Origin: an uncultured Candidatus Entotheonella sp.
GTDB taxonomy: Bacteria > Tectomicrobia > Entotheonellia > Entotheonellales > Entotheonellaceae
NCBI GenBank assembly: GCA_965217185.1
Contig: OZ244252.1
Coordinates: forward strand, 3,936,001 to 4,000,000
DNA length: 64,000 bases
Direction: 5' to 3'
The position numbers were made by a program, and so were the translations under genes. The notes beneath the pieces were generated by a model. It was not told the DNA's origin. It was given only the letters and a program-made list of their open reading frames with translations, and searched no databases. Below, in pieces: positions 8,692-19,002 of the stretch. Every line of letters starts with the position of its first letter. Positions within the stretch are counted from its first letter, which is position 1.

Positions 8692-11600
8692 ATGAAATAC
8701 GGTGACCTGATCCAGTTTGGACCTATCGAATCCGTGGTCCAGTTGCGGGACGCCGACACAACAACTGCAGCCCGGCAACTTGTCGAGACCTACGTCATTT
8801 CCGAGGAGATGGCGGAAAGGCTGGTGGAACTGGTGATCCCCCAGCTACAGTTCGAGCAGCCCACCGATAACAAGGGCCTTCTGGTCGTCGGCAACTACGG
8901 CGCCGGGAAGTCCCACCTCATGTCGGTCATTTCCGCGCTTGCGGAGAATCCCGACCTCGCCACCAGCCTCAACAACGCTGCCGTAGCGGATGCCGCCGGA
9001 AAAATCAGCGGCCGGTTCAGAGTGGTCCGTACCGAAATCGGAGCCACCACCATGTCCCTGCGGGACATCCTTGTGGCCGAGTTGGAAGAGCACCTGGCAG
9101 CGATGGGCGTGAGCTACAGCTTCCCCGCCATCGACCAGGTATCCGGCAGCAAGGACGCTTTCGAAGAGATGATGTCCGTTTTCCACCAAACGTTTCCGGA
9201 CCACGGTCTGCTTCTCGTGGTGGACGAGTTGCTTGATTACCTGCGCACTCGCAAGGATCAGGAACTCATCCTGGACCTGAACTTCCTCCGCGAAATCGGC
9301 GAGGTGTGCAGGGACCTGCGGTTTCGCTTCATGGCCGGCGTGCAGGAAGCCATCTTTGACAGTCCCCGTTTTTCCTTCGTGGCCGACAGCGTCCGCCGAG
9401 TCCAGGATCGCTTCCAGCAGGTTCTCATTGCCCATAAGGACGTCAAATTCGTGGTGGCTGAGCGCCTGCTCAAGAAGACCGGCGAGCAACAGGCCAGGAT
9501 ACGCGAGTATCTGACGCCCTTCGCCAAGTTCTACGGCGACATGAACGAGCGCATGGACGAGTTCGTCCGCCTGTTCCCGGTGCATCCCGACTATATCGAC
9601 ACCTTTGAACGCGTGACGGTCGTGGAAAAACGCGAGGCGCTGAAAACCCTGTCGCTGGCCATGAAAAGGATGCTTGACCGGGACGTGCCGGACGACCGGC
9701 CCGGGCTTATTGCCTACGACACGTACTGGTCCAACCTCCGAGACAATCCTTCGTTCCGCGCTGTTCCGGATATCAGGACAGTCATCGACTGCAGCCAGGT
9801 GCTGGAGTCGCGCATCCAGCAAGCTTTCACCCGCCCGGCATACAAGCCCATGGCGCTGCGGCTCATCCATGCCCTGTCGGTGCACCGGCTTACCACCGGC
9901 GATATTTATGCCGCCCTGGGCGCAACGGCCAGGGAGCTACGCGACGGGCTCTGCCTCTATCAACCCGGCATCGAGGACCTGGGGGGCGATCCGGCATACG
10001 ACCTGCTTTCTCAAGTGGAGACCGTCCTGCAAGCCATCCATAAGACGGTCAGCGGACAATTCATCTCATCGAACCCGGACAACCAACAGTTCTATCTCGA
10101 CCTGAAGAAGACGGACGATTTCGACGCGCTGATCGAAAATCGCGCCGAGAGCCTCGATGCCTCCCAACTCGACCGTTACTACTATGAGGCCCTGAAACGG
10201 GTGATGGAATGCACGGACCAAACCTACGTGACCGGCTACAAGATCTGGCAGCATGAGTTGGAGTGGCTGGAGCGCAAGGCCGCACGCCAGGGATACCTCT
10301 TTTTCGGCGCACCCAATGAACGTTCCACCGCCGTTCCCCGGCGAGACTTTTACCTTTATTTCGTCCAGCCCTTCGATACACCGCATTTCAAGGATGAACA
10401 GAACGCCGACGAATTGCTCCTGCGGCTCACCAACCGGGACGATGAATTCCTCACCGCGCTCAGACATTACGCCGCAGCCCTGGACTTGGCCTCTACCTCG
10501 TCGGGGCACGCTAAATCAACCTACGAGTCCAGGTCATCCCATTTTCTGCGGACCCTGGTTCAGTGGCTGCAGAAACACATAGCCGACGCCTTTGAAGTCA
10601 CCTACCAGGGCCGCACCAGGCCGCTCACCGAATGGGCCAAGGGCAAGTCAATCCGGGCCCTGTCCGGCATCAGCCATCACGAGCGCATCAACTTCCGTGA
10701 TCTGGTTAACACCATCGCCGGCATCTGTCTGGAGACAAACTTCCAGAATCGGGCACCTGAATATCCCTCCTTCTCGGTCCTCATCACTGGGGCCAACCGG
10801 GAACAGGCGGCGCAGGACGCCCTGCGCGCCATCGCCGGCCAGAACCGCACCAGACAAGCGCGGGCGGTGCTTGATGCCCTGGAACTGCTCGATGGCGAAC
10901 GACTCGATCCCGACAAGTCGAAGTACGCCAAGTACATCCTCGGCCTGCTGACAAGAAAAGGCCACGGCCAAGTGGTCAATCGCTCTGAGTTGATCCAGGA
11001 CGACAACAGCGTGGAATACATGGACAAGGACCGGCAGCGTCTGGAGCCCGAATGGGTTGCGGTTGTACTGGCGGCCCTGGTTTATTCCGGCGATCTGGTT
11101 CTCGCCATACCGGGCAAGAAGTTCGACGCCACCAGTCTGCCGCAACTGGCAGGAATCAGCGTGGACGAACTCGCGCAATTCAAACACATCGAGCAGCCCA
11201 AGGACTGGAACCTGCCGGCGCTCAGAGCCCTGTTCGAACTGCTCGGGCTCCCACCGGGCATGGCGCAGGTAGTCACCCAAGGGAAGGAAGAATCGGTCCA
11301 GCCACTCCAGACAGCCATCTCCGAACGGGTGGGAAAACTGGTGCTCCTGCAGCAGGGCCTGCAAAGCGGCCTGCGCTTCTGGGGCCGCAACCTGCTGTCC
11401 GAGGAAGAGGCACTTAAGCATCGCGTCCGGCTCGACGAGACCAAGACTTTCCTGGAATCGCTCCAAGCCTATACCTCACCCGGCAGGCTCAAGAATTTCC
11501 GTTACACTGCCCAGGAGATCACCGCTCATCGGGAAGGCCTCAATTCCCTGGCTGAGATCGGCTCCTTCCGGGAACTGGTGACGGACCTGGGCCCCGCCGC

Positions 11601-12420
11601 GTCGTTTCTTTCCGCTGCCGAGGTGGCGCTGCCCACGGAACACGAGTGGACACACAAAATGAAAGCGGCGCGGGACGAGATTCTCGCCCAGTGCGGTGGC
11701 CCGGACGGGCACGGCGTGACCCGGCGCAAACTGGCTGGCCTCAAGAAAGCCTACGTACAGACTTACCTGGACCTGCACACCCGGGCGCGGCTGGGCGTGA
11801 ACGAAGACAGGCGCAAGACCGGGCTTATGGGCGACGGACGGCTCAAGGTGCTGGAGAAACTGTCTGCCATCGAGTTGATGCCCCGCCAGCATCTGACCGA
11901 TTTTCAAAACCGCCTCGCCAGTCTGAAGAGTTGTTTCGCCCTGACAGAACAAGAGATCGACGCCTCACCGATCTGCCCGCACTGTAGCTACAAGCCCGGC
12001 GCAGAATCGCCCGCTGCACCCGTTGGAACGGTGCTGGACGGTTTGGACGACGAACTGGACGCGCTGGTGACAAGTTGGACCCGGACGCTGCTGACCAACC
12101 TGGCGGACCCGACCACCAAGGGCGATCTGGATTTGCTCAGGCCCGAATCCAAAGAGTTGGTAATGGGCTTTATGAAGGAACGAATCCTGCCGGACGAACT
12201 CGACCAGGACTTCATCCACGCCCTGAGCGAGGCGCTTTCCGGTCTCCAGAAGGTACCGGTCAAGGCCGCTGCCCTGCGCAACGCCCTGCTCTCCGGCGGT
12301 TCACCGGCGACGCCGGCGGAAATGAAGAAACGTTTCGAGGCGCACCTGGACGAACTCACCAAGGGCAAAGAGCCGGGCAAAGTGCGGATCGTGCTGGAGT
12401 GGACGCATGACGCAGGATGA
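8692..12420 (+). CDS. brxC: BREX-3 large ATPase (BrxC/DUF6079-like)
   Basis: [17 protein letters not shown] start, Walker [10 protein letters not shown], Walker [13 protein letters not shown]-terminal CPHC and KVRIVLE; lies between brxF and the methylase. Confidence 0.9.
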   Translation: MKYGDLIQFGPIESVVQLRDADTTTAARQLVETYVISEEMAERLVELVIPQLQFEQPTDNKGLLVVGNYGAGKSHLMSVISALAENPDLATSLNNAAVADAAGKISGRFRVVRTEIGATTMSLRDILVAELEEHLAAMGVSYSFPAIDQVSGSKDAFEEMMSVFHQTFPDHGLLLVVDELLDYLRTRKDQELILDLNFLREIGEVCRDLRFRFMAGVQEAIFDSPRFSFVADSVRRVQDRFQQVLIAHKDVKFVVAERLLKKTGEQQARIREYLTPFAKFYGDMNERMDEFVRLFPVHPDYIDTFERVTVVEKREALKTLSLAMKRMLDRDVPDDRPGLIAYDTYWSNLRDNPSFRAVPDIRTVIDCSQVLESRIQQAFTRPAYKPMALRLIHALSVHRLTTGDIYAALGATARELRDGLCLYQPGIEDLGGDPAYDLLSQVETVLQAIHKTVSGQFISSNPDNQQFYLDLKKTDDFDALIENRAESLDASQLDRYYYEALKRVMECTDQTYVTGYKIWQHELEWLERKAARQGYLFFGAPNERSTAVPRRDFYLYFVQPFDTPHFKDEQNADELLLRLTNRDDEFLTALRHYAAALDLASTSSGHAKSTYESRSSHFLRTLVQWLQKHIADAFEVTYQGRTRPLTEWAKGKSIRALSGISHHERINFRDLVNTIAGICLETNFQNRAPEYPSFSVLITGANREQAAQDALRAIAGQNRTRQARAVLDALELLDGERLDPDKSKYAKYILGLLTRKGHGQVVNRSELIQDDNSVEYMDKDRQRLEPEWVAVVLAALVYSGDLVLAIPGKKFDATSLPQLAGISVDELAQFKHIEQPKDWNLPALRALFELLGLPPGMAQVVTQGKEESVQPLQTAISERVGKLVLLQQGLQSGLRFWGRNLLSEEEALKHRVRLDETKTFLESLQAYTSPGRLKNFRYTAQEITAHREGLNSLAEIGSFRELVTDLGPAASFLSAAEVALPTEHEWTHKMKAARDEILAQCGGPDGHGVTRRKLAGLKKAYVQTYLDLHTRARLGVNEDRRKTGLMGDGRLKVLEKLSAIELMPRQHLTDFQNRLASLKSCFALTEQEIDASPICPHCSYKPGAESPAAPVGTVLDGLDDELDALVTSWTRTLLTNLADPTTKGDLDLLRPESKELVMGFMKERILPDELDQDFIHALSEALSGLQKVPVKAAALRNALLSGGSPATPAEMKKRFEAHLDELTKGKEPGKVRIVLEWTHDAG

Positions 12421-14218
12421 GCTGATCGAACTGCTCAATGCGCATGAATGGCGTGACGTCGAGTTCAAGGAAGCGCAACGCGCCGTGCCGCGCAATGCCT
12501 ATGAGACGGTATCCGCGTTTGCAAACACCGACGGCGGCCATCTTGTGTTCGGTGTCAGGAAAAACGGACAAGACTTCAAGGTCGTCGGGGTTCTTGACGT
12601 TGACAAGGTTCAGAACGAGTTCCTGACGGCGCTTCGGCAACCCGACAAGATAAGCGTAGTGGTGGATGTTCAGGAGGAACTGCACCAGTACAACGACTCG
12701 GATCTGCTTATCTTCTACGTGCCCGAAGTACATCGCTCGCACAAGCCCGTCTTCCTCAATAGGGATATTCGTCGCTCGTTCGTTCGCAGTGGAGGGAGCG
12801 ACGTTCGCTGCTCGGACAATGAGCGCAATCGATTCCTCATGGACGCGGCGGCGGAACGCTATGACGGCCAAGCCGTTGCCTTCAACCTGGATACTGCGTT
12901 CGATTCGGACAGCATCAGGTGGTACCGGGCGATCTATGAGGGACGTCCGGGAAATCGCTCCCATGCGACGCTGCCCGACACGGACTTCCTCAAGGAGATG
13001 GGTCTGCTTGTTGAAGAGCACGGCCAAGTACTCCCATCCCGCGCGGCGATTCTTCTCTTCGGCGCCAATGCAACCTTCCGACAACTTCTGCCGCGGCCCG
13101 TCGTGGATTGCCAGCGATTTTCGCTGAACCGTGACAGGGCCGATACCGGCGAACGCTGGATCGACCGCCGTGTTTTGGACGAAAACCTCGTCCGTACGTG
13201 GCAAGCCCTTATCGATTGGTATCAACGATTTGCGGATCAACCGTTCCGGATTGACCCGACATCCTTGCAGCGTGACGATGCGCCGCCGGACTACCGCGCC
13301 TTTCGCGAATCAATGGTCAACCTGCTCATCCACCAGGATTACGCCGATCACTCCCGCAAAGCGGATATTCGCCACTATGCCGACCAGACTGTTTTCTGGA
13401 ATCCCGGCGACGCCTTTGCCACCGATACCGACTTGCTCGAACCCGGCGAAAAGGAGGTTCGCAATTCCCGGATCGTGACCGCCTTCCGGCGCATCGGCCT
13501 GAGCGAGAATGCCGGATGGGGCCTGCGCGACGTCTTCCGAAACTGGCAGCAATTAGGCCACGTTCCACCCACCATCGCTAACATCAAGGCGCATAAATGC
13601 TTTGAACTCGTCCTGAAAAAAGAAGAGCTTCTGTCGGAGCAACAGGTTCTTTTCCAGGCCAGTCTCGGGGTACAACTTACTGATGAACAGGCAAGAGTAT
13701 TTGCTGCCGGCTGCCGGGAAAAGGCGATCACGCTTCCGCAGATCAAGGCCATAACGGGTCTGGCAGGACCGGACGCCGTAGCGCTTGCCGATGCGTTGGT
13801 GACAAAAGTGCTCTTCAGAACCATCGAAGCCGGCAATACATACGCCCTGGCCGAGCACCTGACCGAACACCCCGCTCTGACTGACCAGGTTGACGACGAA
13901 AAGGCGGACTTGGTCACTGACCAAGCTGACGCTGTAACGGGTAAGTTGGTCAGTGACCAACCTCAGCGGCTTCAAAACCTGACTGAGAATCAGTGGAAGA
14001 TCGTAATGCTCTGCGACGTACCGCGCTCCGTGGCTGACATGATGGGCAAACTCGGATTGACACACCGGACCTTCTTCCGGCGCCATCACCTGGAGCCACT
14101 GGTGCGGGGCGGCGTGCTCCGAATGACGCATCCGGAGCAACCGAACCATCCGGACCAAGCCTATGTGCTGACTGAGGACGGCCTGAACCTCAAGGCCCGG
14201 CGTGTGAACGGAGATTAG
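12407..14218 (+). CDS. AlbA_2/Schlafen-domain protein with RecG-C/HATPase_c_4-like domain and C-terminal HTH
   Basis: [60 protein letters not shown]-terminal [14 protein letters not shown]. Confidence 0.85.
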   Translation: MTQDELIELLNAHEWRDVEFKEAQRAVPRNAYETVSAFANTDGGHLVFGVRKNGQDFKVVGVLDVDKVQNEFLTALRQPDKISVVVDVQEELHQYNDSDLLIFYVPEVHRSHKPVFLNRDIRRSFVRSGGSDVRCSDNERNRFLMDAAAERYDGQAVAFNLDTAFDSDSIRWYRAIYEGRPGNRSHATLPDTDFLKEMGLLVEEHGQVLPSRAAILLFGANATFRQLLPRPVVDCQRFSLNRDRADTGERWIDRRVLDENLVRTWQALIDWYQRFADQPFRIDPTSLQRDDAPPDYRAFRESMVNLLIHQDYADHSRKADIRHYADQTVFWNPGDAFATDTDLLEPGEKEVRNSRIVTAFRRIGLSENAGWGLRDVFRNWQQLGHVPPTIANIKAHKCFELVLKKEELLSEQQVLFQASLGVQLTDEQARVFAAGCREKAITLPQIKAITGLAGPDAVALADALVTKVLFRTIEAGNTYALAEHLTEHPALTDQVDDEKADLVTDQADAVTGKLVSDQPQRLQNLTENQWKIVMLCDVPRSVADMMGKLGLTHRTFFRRHHLEPLVRGGVLRMTHPEQPNHPDQAYVLTEDGLNLKARRVNGD

Positions 14219-14220
14219 GG

Positions 14221-17061
14221 ATGGCGCGAAGCGAGCCTGATCACCAGACGAGACGGCTTTTCCGGGACATGTCTGGACAAGATGACTTGTTCGAGAAGTC
14301 CTACGAAGAAGAGCTTGAAGCCCGGCTCGGCCAACCGGTCGCTTGCCTCGGAATGACGTTCGAAAACGACGAGAAACGCCGGGAGTATTTTCTGGAGAAA
14401 TTACGCCAGAAGCTCAGGGACCCGGAGTTCCGCAAGATCGAGGGATTCCCGATTGGCGAGGACGAGGACATTCTGGCTTTGTCCGACCCGCCGTACTACA
14501 CCGCTTGCCCCAATCCCTTCCTGACCGAGTTCGTCGAGTATTATGGTCGTCTCCACAACCCCGAAGAGCCATACCACCGCGAACCGTTCGCGGTAGACGT
14601 GAGCGAGGGCAAGACCGACCCGCTCTACAAAGCCCACGGCTACCACACCAAGGTCCCGCACCGGGCAATCGTCCCGTCCATTCTGCACTACACCAAGCCG
14701 GGGGATATCGTCTTGGATGGCTTTTGCGGCTCCGGTATGGCCGGTGTGGCGGCGCAGTGGTGCGGCACGGCGCCGGCAGCATACCGCGAGGAATTGGAAC
14801 AGCGATGGAAGGCGGAAGGACGGGAGTTGCCGGAATGGGGCGCGCGACGTGTGATTCTCGGCGACCTCTCCCCGGCTGCCACCTTCATTGCCGCCAACTA
14901 CAACCTTCCGTTCGACGTAGCGACGTTCAGTGAAGCCGCCCGCCGACTTCTGGGGGAAGTAGAAGCGGAGGTCGGCTGGATGTATGAGACCCTCCACACT
15001 GATGGGAAGACCAAGGGGCGTATCAATTACACGGTCTGGAGCGAGGTGTTCTCTTGTCCGGAGTGCGCGGGTGAAGTCGTGTTTCTCGATGAGGCGCTGG
15101 ACCAGCAGACCAAAAAGACCCGATCTGAATTTCCATGTCCACACTGCTCGGCGGAGTTGACCAAGGACAATCTCGAACGGTTTTTCGAGACACTCGCTGA
15201 CCCAGCTTCGGGCGAGCCTTGGAAACGGATTCGCCTCCGGCCGGTCCTCATCAACTACAGCGTTGGCAAAGATCGCTACGAAAAAGAACCGGACAGCACC
15301 GATCATTCCATTCTCGACCGCATCGCCAATCTCCGGTTATCGCCTGAAGTCCCGGCGAACCCTTTCCGAATTGATGAGATGTACCACGGGTCGCGACTCG
15401 CTCCAAAGGGCTTTACGCACGTGCACCACATGTTCCTGCCGCGCGCTGCTCATGCGCTGGCGGCAATGTGGCACCGCGCCGATGGATGCGCTGACAGCCG
15501 TCTACGCAACATGCTGCTGTTCTTCGTCGAGCAGGCGGTATGGAGCATGTCATTATTGAATCGATTTCGACCTACTGGGTACTCACAGGTCAATCAATAT
15601 CTGACAGGTGTCTACTACGTCCCGTCGCAGAATTCGGAACTTAGTCCCTGGTATATCCTTGATGGCAAGCTGCGGCGGTTAAGCATGGCTTTCAAACCGA
15701 GGTCCTCCCAGGCCAACGCCGCAATGATTTCAACCGGGGGCTGCAGCAGCTTCGATCTGGCCGACAATTCCATCGATTACGTGTTCACCGACCCGCCATT
15801 CGGCGAGAACATCTACTACGCCGACCTCAACTATCTCGTCGAGTCGTGGCATCGCATTCTCACGCACAGCGAGCCCGAAGCCATTGTCGATCAGGCCAAA
15901 GGAAAGGCAATCGCTGACTATCAGCACTTGATGCGGCGCTGCTTCGCAGAGTACTGCCGCGTCCTCAAGCCCGGCCGCTGGATGACCGTCGTCTTCCACA
16001 ACTCCAGGAACGCGGTCTGGAACGCCATTCAGGAGGCCATGTTGGCAGCCGGCTTTGTGGTCGCGGACGTTCGAACCCTCGACAAAAAACAAGGTTCGTA
16101 CCGGCAGGTCACGAGCACCGCCGTCAAGCAGGATCTGGTGATCTCCGCCTATAAACCGAACGGTGGATTGGAGAACCGCTTCCGCCTCGCAGCGGGAACC
16201 GAAGACGGTGTATGGGATTTCGTTCGCACCCACATGCGACAGCTTCCCGTGTTCGTCGCCAAGGACGGGCAGGCCGAGACGATTGCCGAACGTCAGAACT
16301 ACCTGCTCTATGACCGGATGGTTGCCTTCCACGTCCAGCGCAGCGTGACGGTTCCTCTATCCGCCGCCGAGTTTTACGCCGGTCTGGAACAGCGGTTTCC
16401 TCCTCGTGACGGCATGTATTTCCTGCCCGACCAGGCTGCGGAGTACGACAAAAGACGCATGACGGTCAAGGAGATTCTCCAGCTTCAGCTTTTCGTCTCC
16501 GACGAGGCGTCGGCCATCCAATGGCTCAGACAGCAACTCACCAAAAAGCCGCAGACCTTCCAGGACCTCCACCCGCAATTCCTGAAAGAAATCGGCGGCT
16601 GGCAGAAGCAGGAAAAGGTCCTGGAGCTTTCCGCCCTGCTTGCAGAGAATTTCCTGCGCTACGACGGCCAGGGCGAGGTGCCCAGCCCGATCCATAGTTA
16701 CCTGTCTTCGAACTTCAGAGACCTGCGCAACCTGGAAAAGACCGACCCGGCGCTTAGAGGCAGAGCTCAGAACCGCTGGTACGTGCCCGATCCGAACAAG
16801 GCCGGCGACCTGGAGAAGCTGCGCGAACGAGCCCTGATGCGCGAGTTCGACGAGTATCGGGAATCCCAACAGAAGCGCTTGAGGGTGTTTCGCCTTGAGG
16901 CCGTCCGGACCGGATTCAAGAAGGCATGGCAGGAGCGCGACTACGCCACGATTATCGCCGTGGCCCGCAAGATACCGGAAAGCATCCTGCAGGAGGACCC
17001 CAAGCTCCTCATGTGGTACGACCAAGCGGTCACGCGTTCGGAGGGACAAGCGTATAGTTAG
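14221..17061 (+). CDS. pglXI: BREX-3 adenine DNA methyltransferase PglXI
   Basis: LSDPPYYTACPNPF, YHTKVP, motif I LDGFCGSGM, CPEC/CPHC zinc knuckle, motif IV FTDPPF, RVLKPG, WYVPDPNK. Confidence 0.9.
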   Translation: MARSEPDHQTRRLFRDMSGQDDLFEKSYEEELEARLGQPVACLGMTFENDEKRREYFLEKLRQKLRDPEFRKIEGFPIGEDEDILALSDPPYYTACPNPFLTEFVEYYGRLHNPEEPYHREPFAVDVSEGKTDPLYKAHGYHTKVPHRAIVPSILHYTKPGDIVLDGFCGSGMAGVAAQWCGTAPAAYREELEQRWKAEGRELPEWGARRVILGDLSPAATFIAANYNLPFDVATFSEAARRLLGEVEAEVGWMYETLHTDGKTKGRINYTVWSEVFSCPECAGEVVFLDEALDQQTKKTRSEFPCPHCSAELTKDNLERFFETLADPASGEPWKRIRLRPVLINYSVGKDRYEKEPDSTDHSILDRIANLRLSPEVPANPFRIDEMYHGSRLAPKGFTHVHHMFLPRAAHALAAMWHRADGCADSRLRNMLLFFVEQAVWSMSLLNRFRPTGYSQVNQYLTGVYYVPSQNSELSPWYILDGKLRRLSMAFKPRSSQANAAMISTGGCSSFDLADNSIDYVFTDPPFGENIYYADLNYLVESWHRILTHSEPEAIVDQAKGKAIADYQHLMRRCFAEYCRVLKPGRWMTVVFHNSRNAVWNAIQEAMLAAGFVVADVRTLDKKQGSYRQVTSTAVKQDLVISAYKPNGGLENRFRLAAGTEDGVWDFVRTHMRQLPVFVAKDGQAETIAERQNYLLYDRMVAFHVQRSVTVPLSAAEFYAGLEQRFPPRDGMYFLPDQAAEYDKRRMTVKEILQLQLFVSDEASAIQWLRQQLTKKPQTFQDLHPQFLKEIGGWQKQEKVLELSALLAENFLRYDGQGEVPSPIHSYLSSNFRDLRNLEKTDPALRGRAQNRWYVPDPNKAGDLEKLRERALMREFDEYRESQQKRLRVFRLEAVRTGFKKAWQERDYATIIAVARKIPESILQEDPKLLMWYDQAVTRSEGQAYS

Positions 17062-17112
17062 GAAGTACCTTTGTCCGAACGAAAGTCGAAATGCCTAAGA
17101 GAGGAGAGCAAC

Positions 17113-17892
17113 GTGAATGGAAAAGAATTGAAGAACAAGCCGTTGGTTGAAGCCATTCTGGAATTCAAATGGGAACTGCCTGCCCAGACAACTTCGGGAA
17201 TCGAGACAGATCCTCATTACAGGCTGTTACTTGGGCGCTTTTCAGAAAAGATGGAAAGCGACTATCCCTTCCACGAGCCGCTTCCAACCAGCCAAATTCC
17301 CGACGCGATGGCAGTGCATATGGCACAGCATCGTTTCCGTGCTTCAGAAGGCGGATGGCCACTCATCCAACTTGGTCCTGGATTGATGACTGTGAACGAA
17401 ACCGAGGGCTACACATGGAACAATTTCAAACAGCGTTGCGACAAAGCTGTCATGAGCCTATTCAACGCCCATCCAGCCAAGGGAGAATTCAAGGTTCAGG
17501 ATTTAACGCTTCGATACATAGACGCCGTGGATGTGGATTTTAGGCAGGAGAGCGTCTTCGATTTTCTTCAGGATAAAATGAAGACAAGCGTCTCCCTACC
17601 CGATGATTTATTCATCGGCGGAAGAGTTGAGAAGAATCCGTCGGCTTTTAACTGGCAGGCGTCTTTTCCCACCGATGATCCTGGCGGCATTATTACATTG
17701 CGATTCGCTACCGGGAAACGTAAGCACAGACCAGCCTTGATATGGGAGATCTTGGCTCAGGCGACATACGAACATATCCCCGCAATCCCCGATGGCTTTC
17801 CAGAGTGGTTAGAGAAGGCCCACGACTTAACGGACGACTGGTTCTTTAGAATGATCGAAGGCGAACTGGAAAGGAGGTTTTCCGATGAGTAA
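17113..17892 (+). CDS. TIGR04255-like protein
   Basis: LKNKPLVEAILEFKW, LIQLGPG...VN...YTW..F, LRYID, WLEKAH...F pattern; RBS GAGGAG before GTG; lower GC than flanks. Confidence 0.8.
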   Translation: MNGKELKNKPLVEAILEFKWELPAQTTSGIETDPHYRLLLGRFSEKMESDYPFHEPLPTSQIPDAMAVHMAQHRFRASEGGWPLIQLGPGLMTVNETEGYTWNNFKQRCDKAVMSLFNAHPAKGEFKVQDLTLRYIDAVDVDFRQESVFDFLQDKMKTSVSLPDDLFIGGRVEKNPSAFNWQASFPTDDPGGIITLRFATGKRKHRPALIWEILAQATYEHIPAIPDGFPEWLEKAHDLTDDWFFRMIEGELERRFSDE

Positions 17893-18265
17893 CGACCTTG
17901 CAACCCTCGATCTCCAGAAAGGACTATCGGAAGCGGGTATCTCCTCATCAGAGACTTGGAGTAAAAGCTACGTCGAAAAAGGGCCAGCGACTATCCGGGA
18001 GTTCGCTCGGCTCCGGCAGGTCGAAGAAATAAATCTTACAATTTCTGCATCCCCCGCTACCGCTCTCGACCACTGGTTTTGGGACAGACGGGGAAACGAT
18101 GTATCCACGGCCACCTTGGCTTTTGAGAGTGTGATAGGTAGGCCAATCTCGCGTGCAGAAGCCCTGCGAGTCGCCCGTCAAATTATTGAATGCGCTGAAC
18201 AGGAACGTATCCAACTCGCCGAGTGGGAGGCGGAGCGAGGCATCCAGTGGGAGGAAGGCGAGTGA
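17885..18265 (+). CDS. Small acidic hypothetical protein, coupled to both neighbours
   Basis: 126-aa ORF overlapping the upstream stop and the downstream GTG; acidic C-terminal helix. Confidence 0.7.
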   Translation: MSNDLATLDLQKGLSEAGISSSETWSKSYVEKGPATIREFARLRQVEEINLTISASPATALDHWFWDRRGNDVSTATLAFESVIGRPISRAEALRVARQIIECAEQERIQLAEWEAERGIQWEEGE

Positions 18266-18909
18266 TCTACGAATTCCCCGATCAAACTGCACTGATCCGA
18301 CAAGGGGATATTTTTGTCGGACTCCCCCGAATTGACCTTTCACTCGAACAGATTTTGATCGTGGACAAAGACGGCGAACGAATTGCAAGGTGGGAGGAAC
18401 TGGCGAATCAGAACAGTCTCGTCAACATCATTGTGCCTGTCCGCCCTGTAGCTTCAATCGTCGCTACACAAGACTGCGATGCTTACCACAGCAGAGACAT
18501 TACACTGTGTGAAATCCGAGAATTCCGTGACGTGGAGAGGAAGAGCAAAGATACGAAGGCTGCCAAGAGCTGGAAGAACATTCTTACCCAACATGCACGG
18601 ATCAATCAGAAATGGTTTTATCTGCCTCCCAACGATCAACTTGAGTTCTCCGATAAGATGGCGGTTGATTTTCTTGTGACACTCCGCGTCCCTCGTAAGG
18701 ACTTGGAGAATCTTCGAGGATTAAGGCGTGGGCGACTAAACGCTACCGCCGATGAGCATTTCCGCGAGCGTATAGGGGAATTCTTTCGTCGTTATCCGTA
18801 CGACGAGTGGTACGCGCTAAACGAGGAAGAAATGGCTGAGTACATGAAGGAGTACCCGGGCACCGAGCCTTTTGACTGGCAGCGGGTCCGCCAAGAAGAC
18901 AACTGCTGA
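18262..18909 (+). CDS. Hypothetical protein with QGDI...TQDCD motif (possibly PemK/MazF-like fold)
   Basis: GTGA overlap, RBS GGAGGAAGG; IRQGDIF...RPVASIVATQDCD...GRL...FRERIGEFF. Confidence 0.7.
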   Translation: MIYEFPDQTALIRQGDIFVGLPRIDLSLEQILIVDKDGERIARWEELANQNSLVNIIVPVRPVASIVATQDCDAYHSRDITLCEIREFRDVERKSKDTKAAKSWKNILTQHARINQKWFYLPPNDQLEFSDKMAVDFLVTLRVPRKDLENLRGLRRGRLNATADEHFRERIGEFFRRYPYDEWYALNEEEMAEYMKEYPGTEPFDWQRVRQEDNC

Positions 18910-18918
18910 CTATGCAGA

Positions 18919-19002
18919 ATGAACACGAGCGTGAGGCTCGGATTTTATCCGGAGGCGGTGTCCCTTCTTGTCATCCGGGTTGGGGAAGACGCTCATGCGT
19001 AG
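18919..19002 (+). pseudogene. 27-codon mini-ORF, probable C-terminal remnant of BREX-3 helicase BrxHII
   Basis: MNTSVRLGFYPEAVSLLVIRVGEDAHA*; overlaps the pglZ ATG where brxHII normally ends; similarity is recalled, not searched. Confidence 0.5.
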
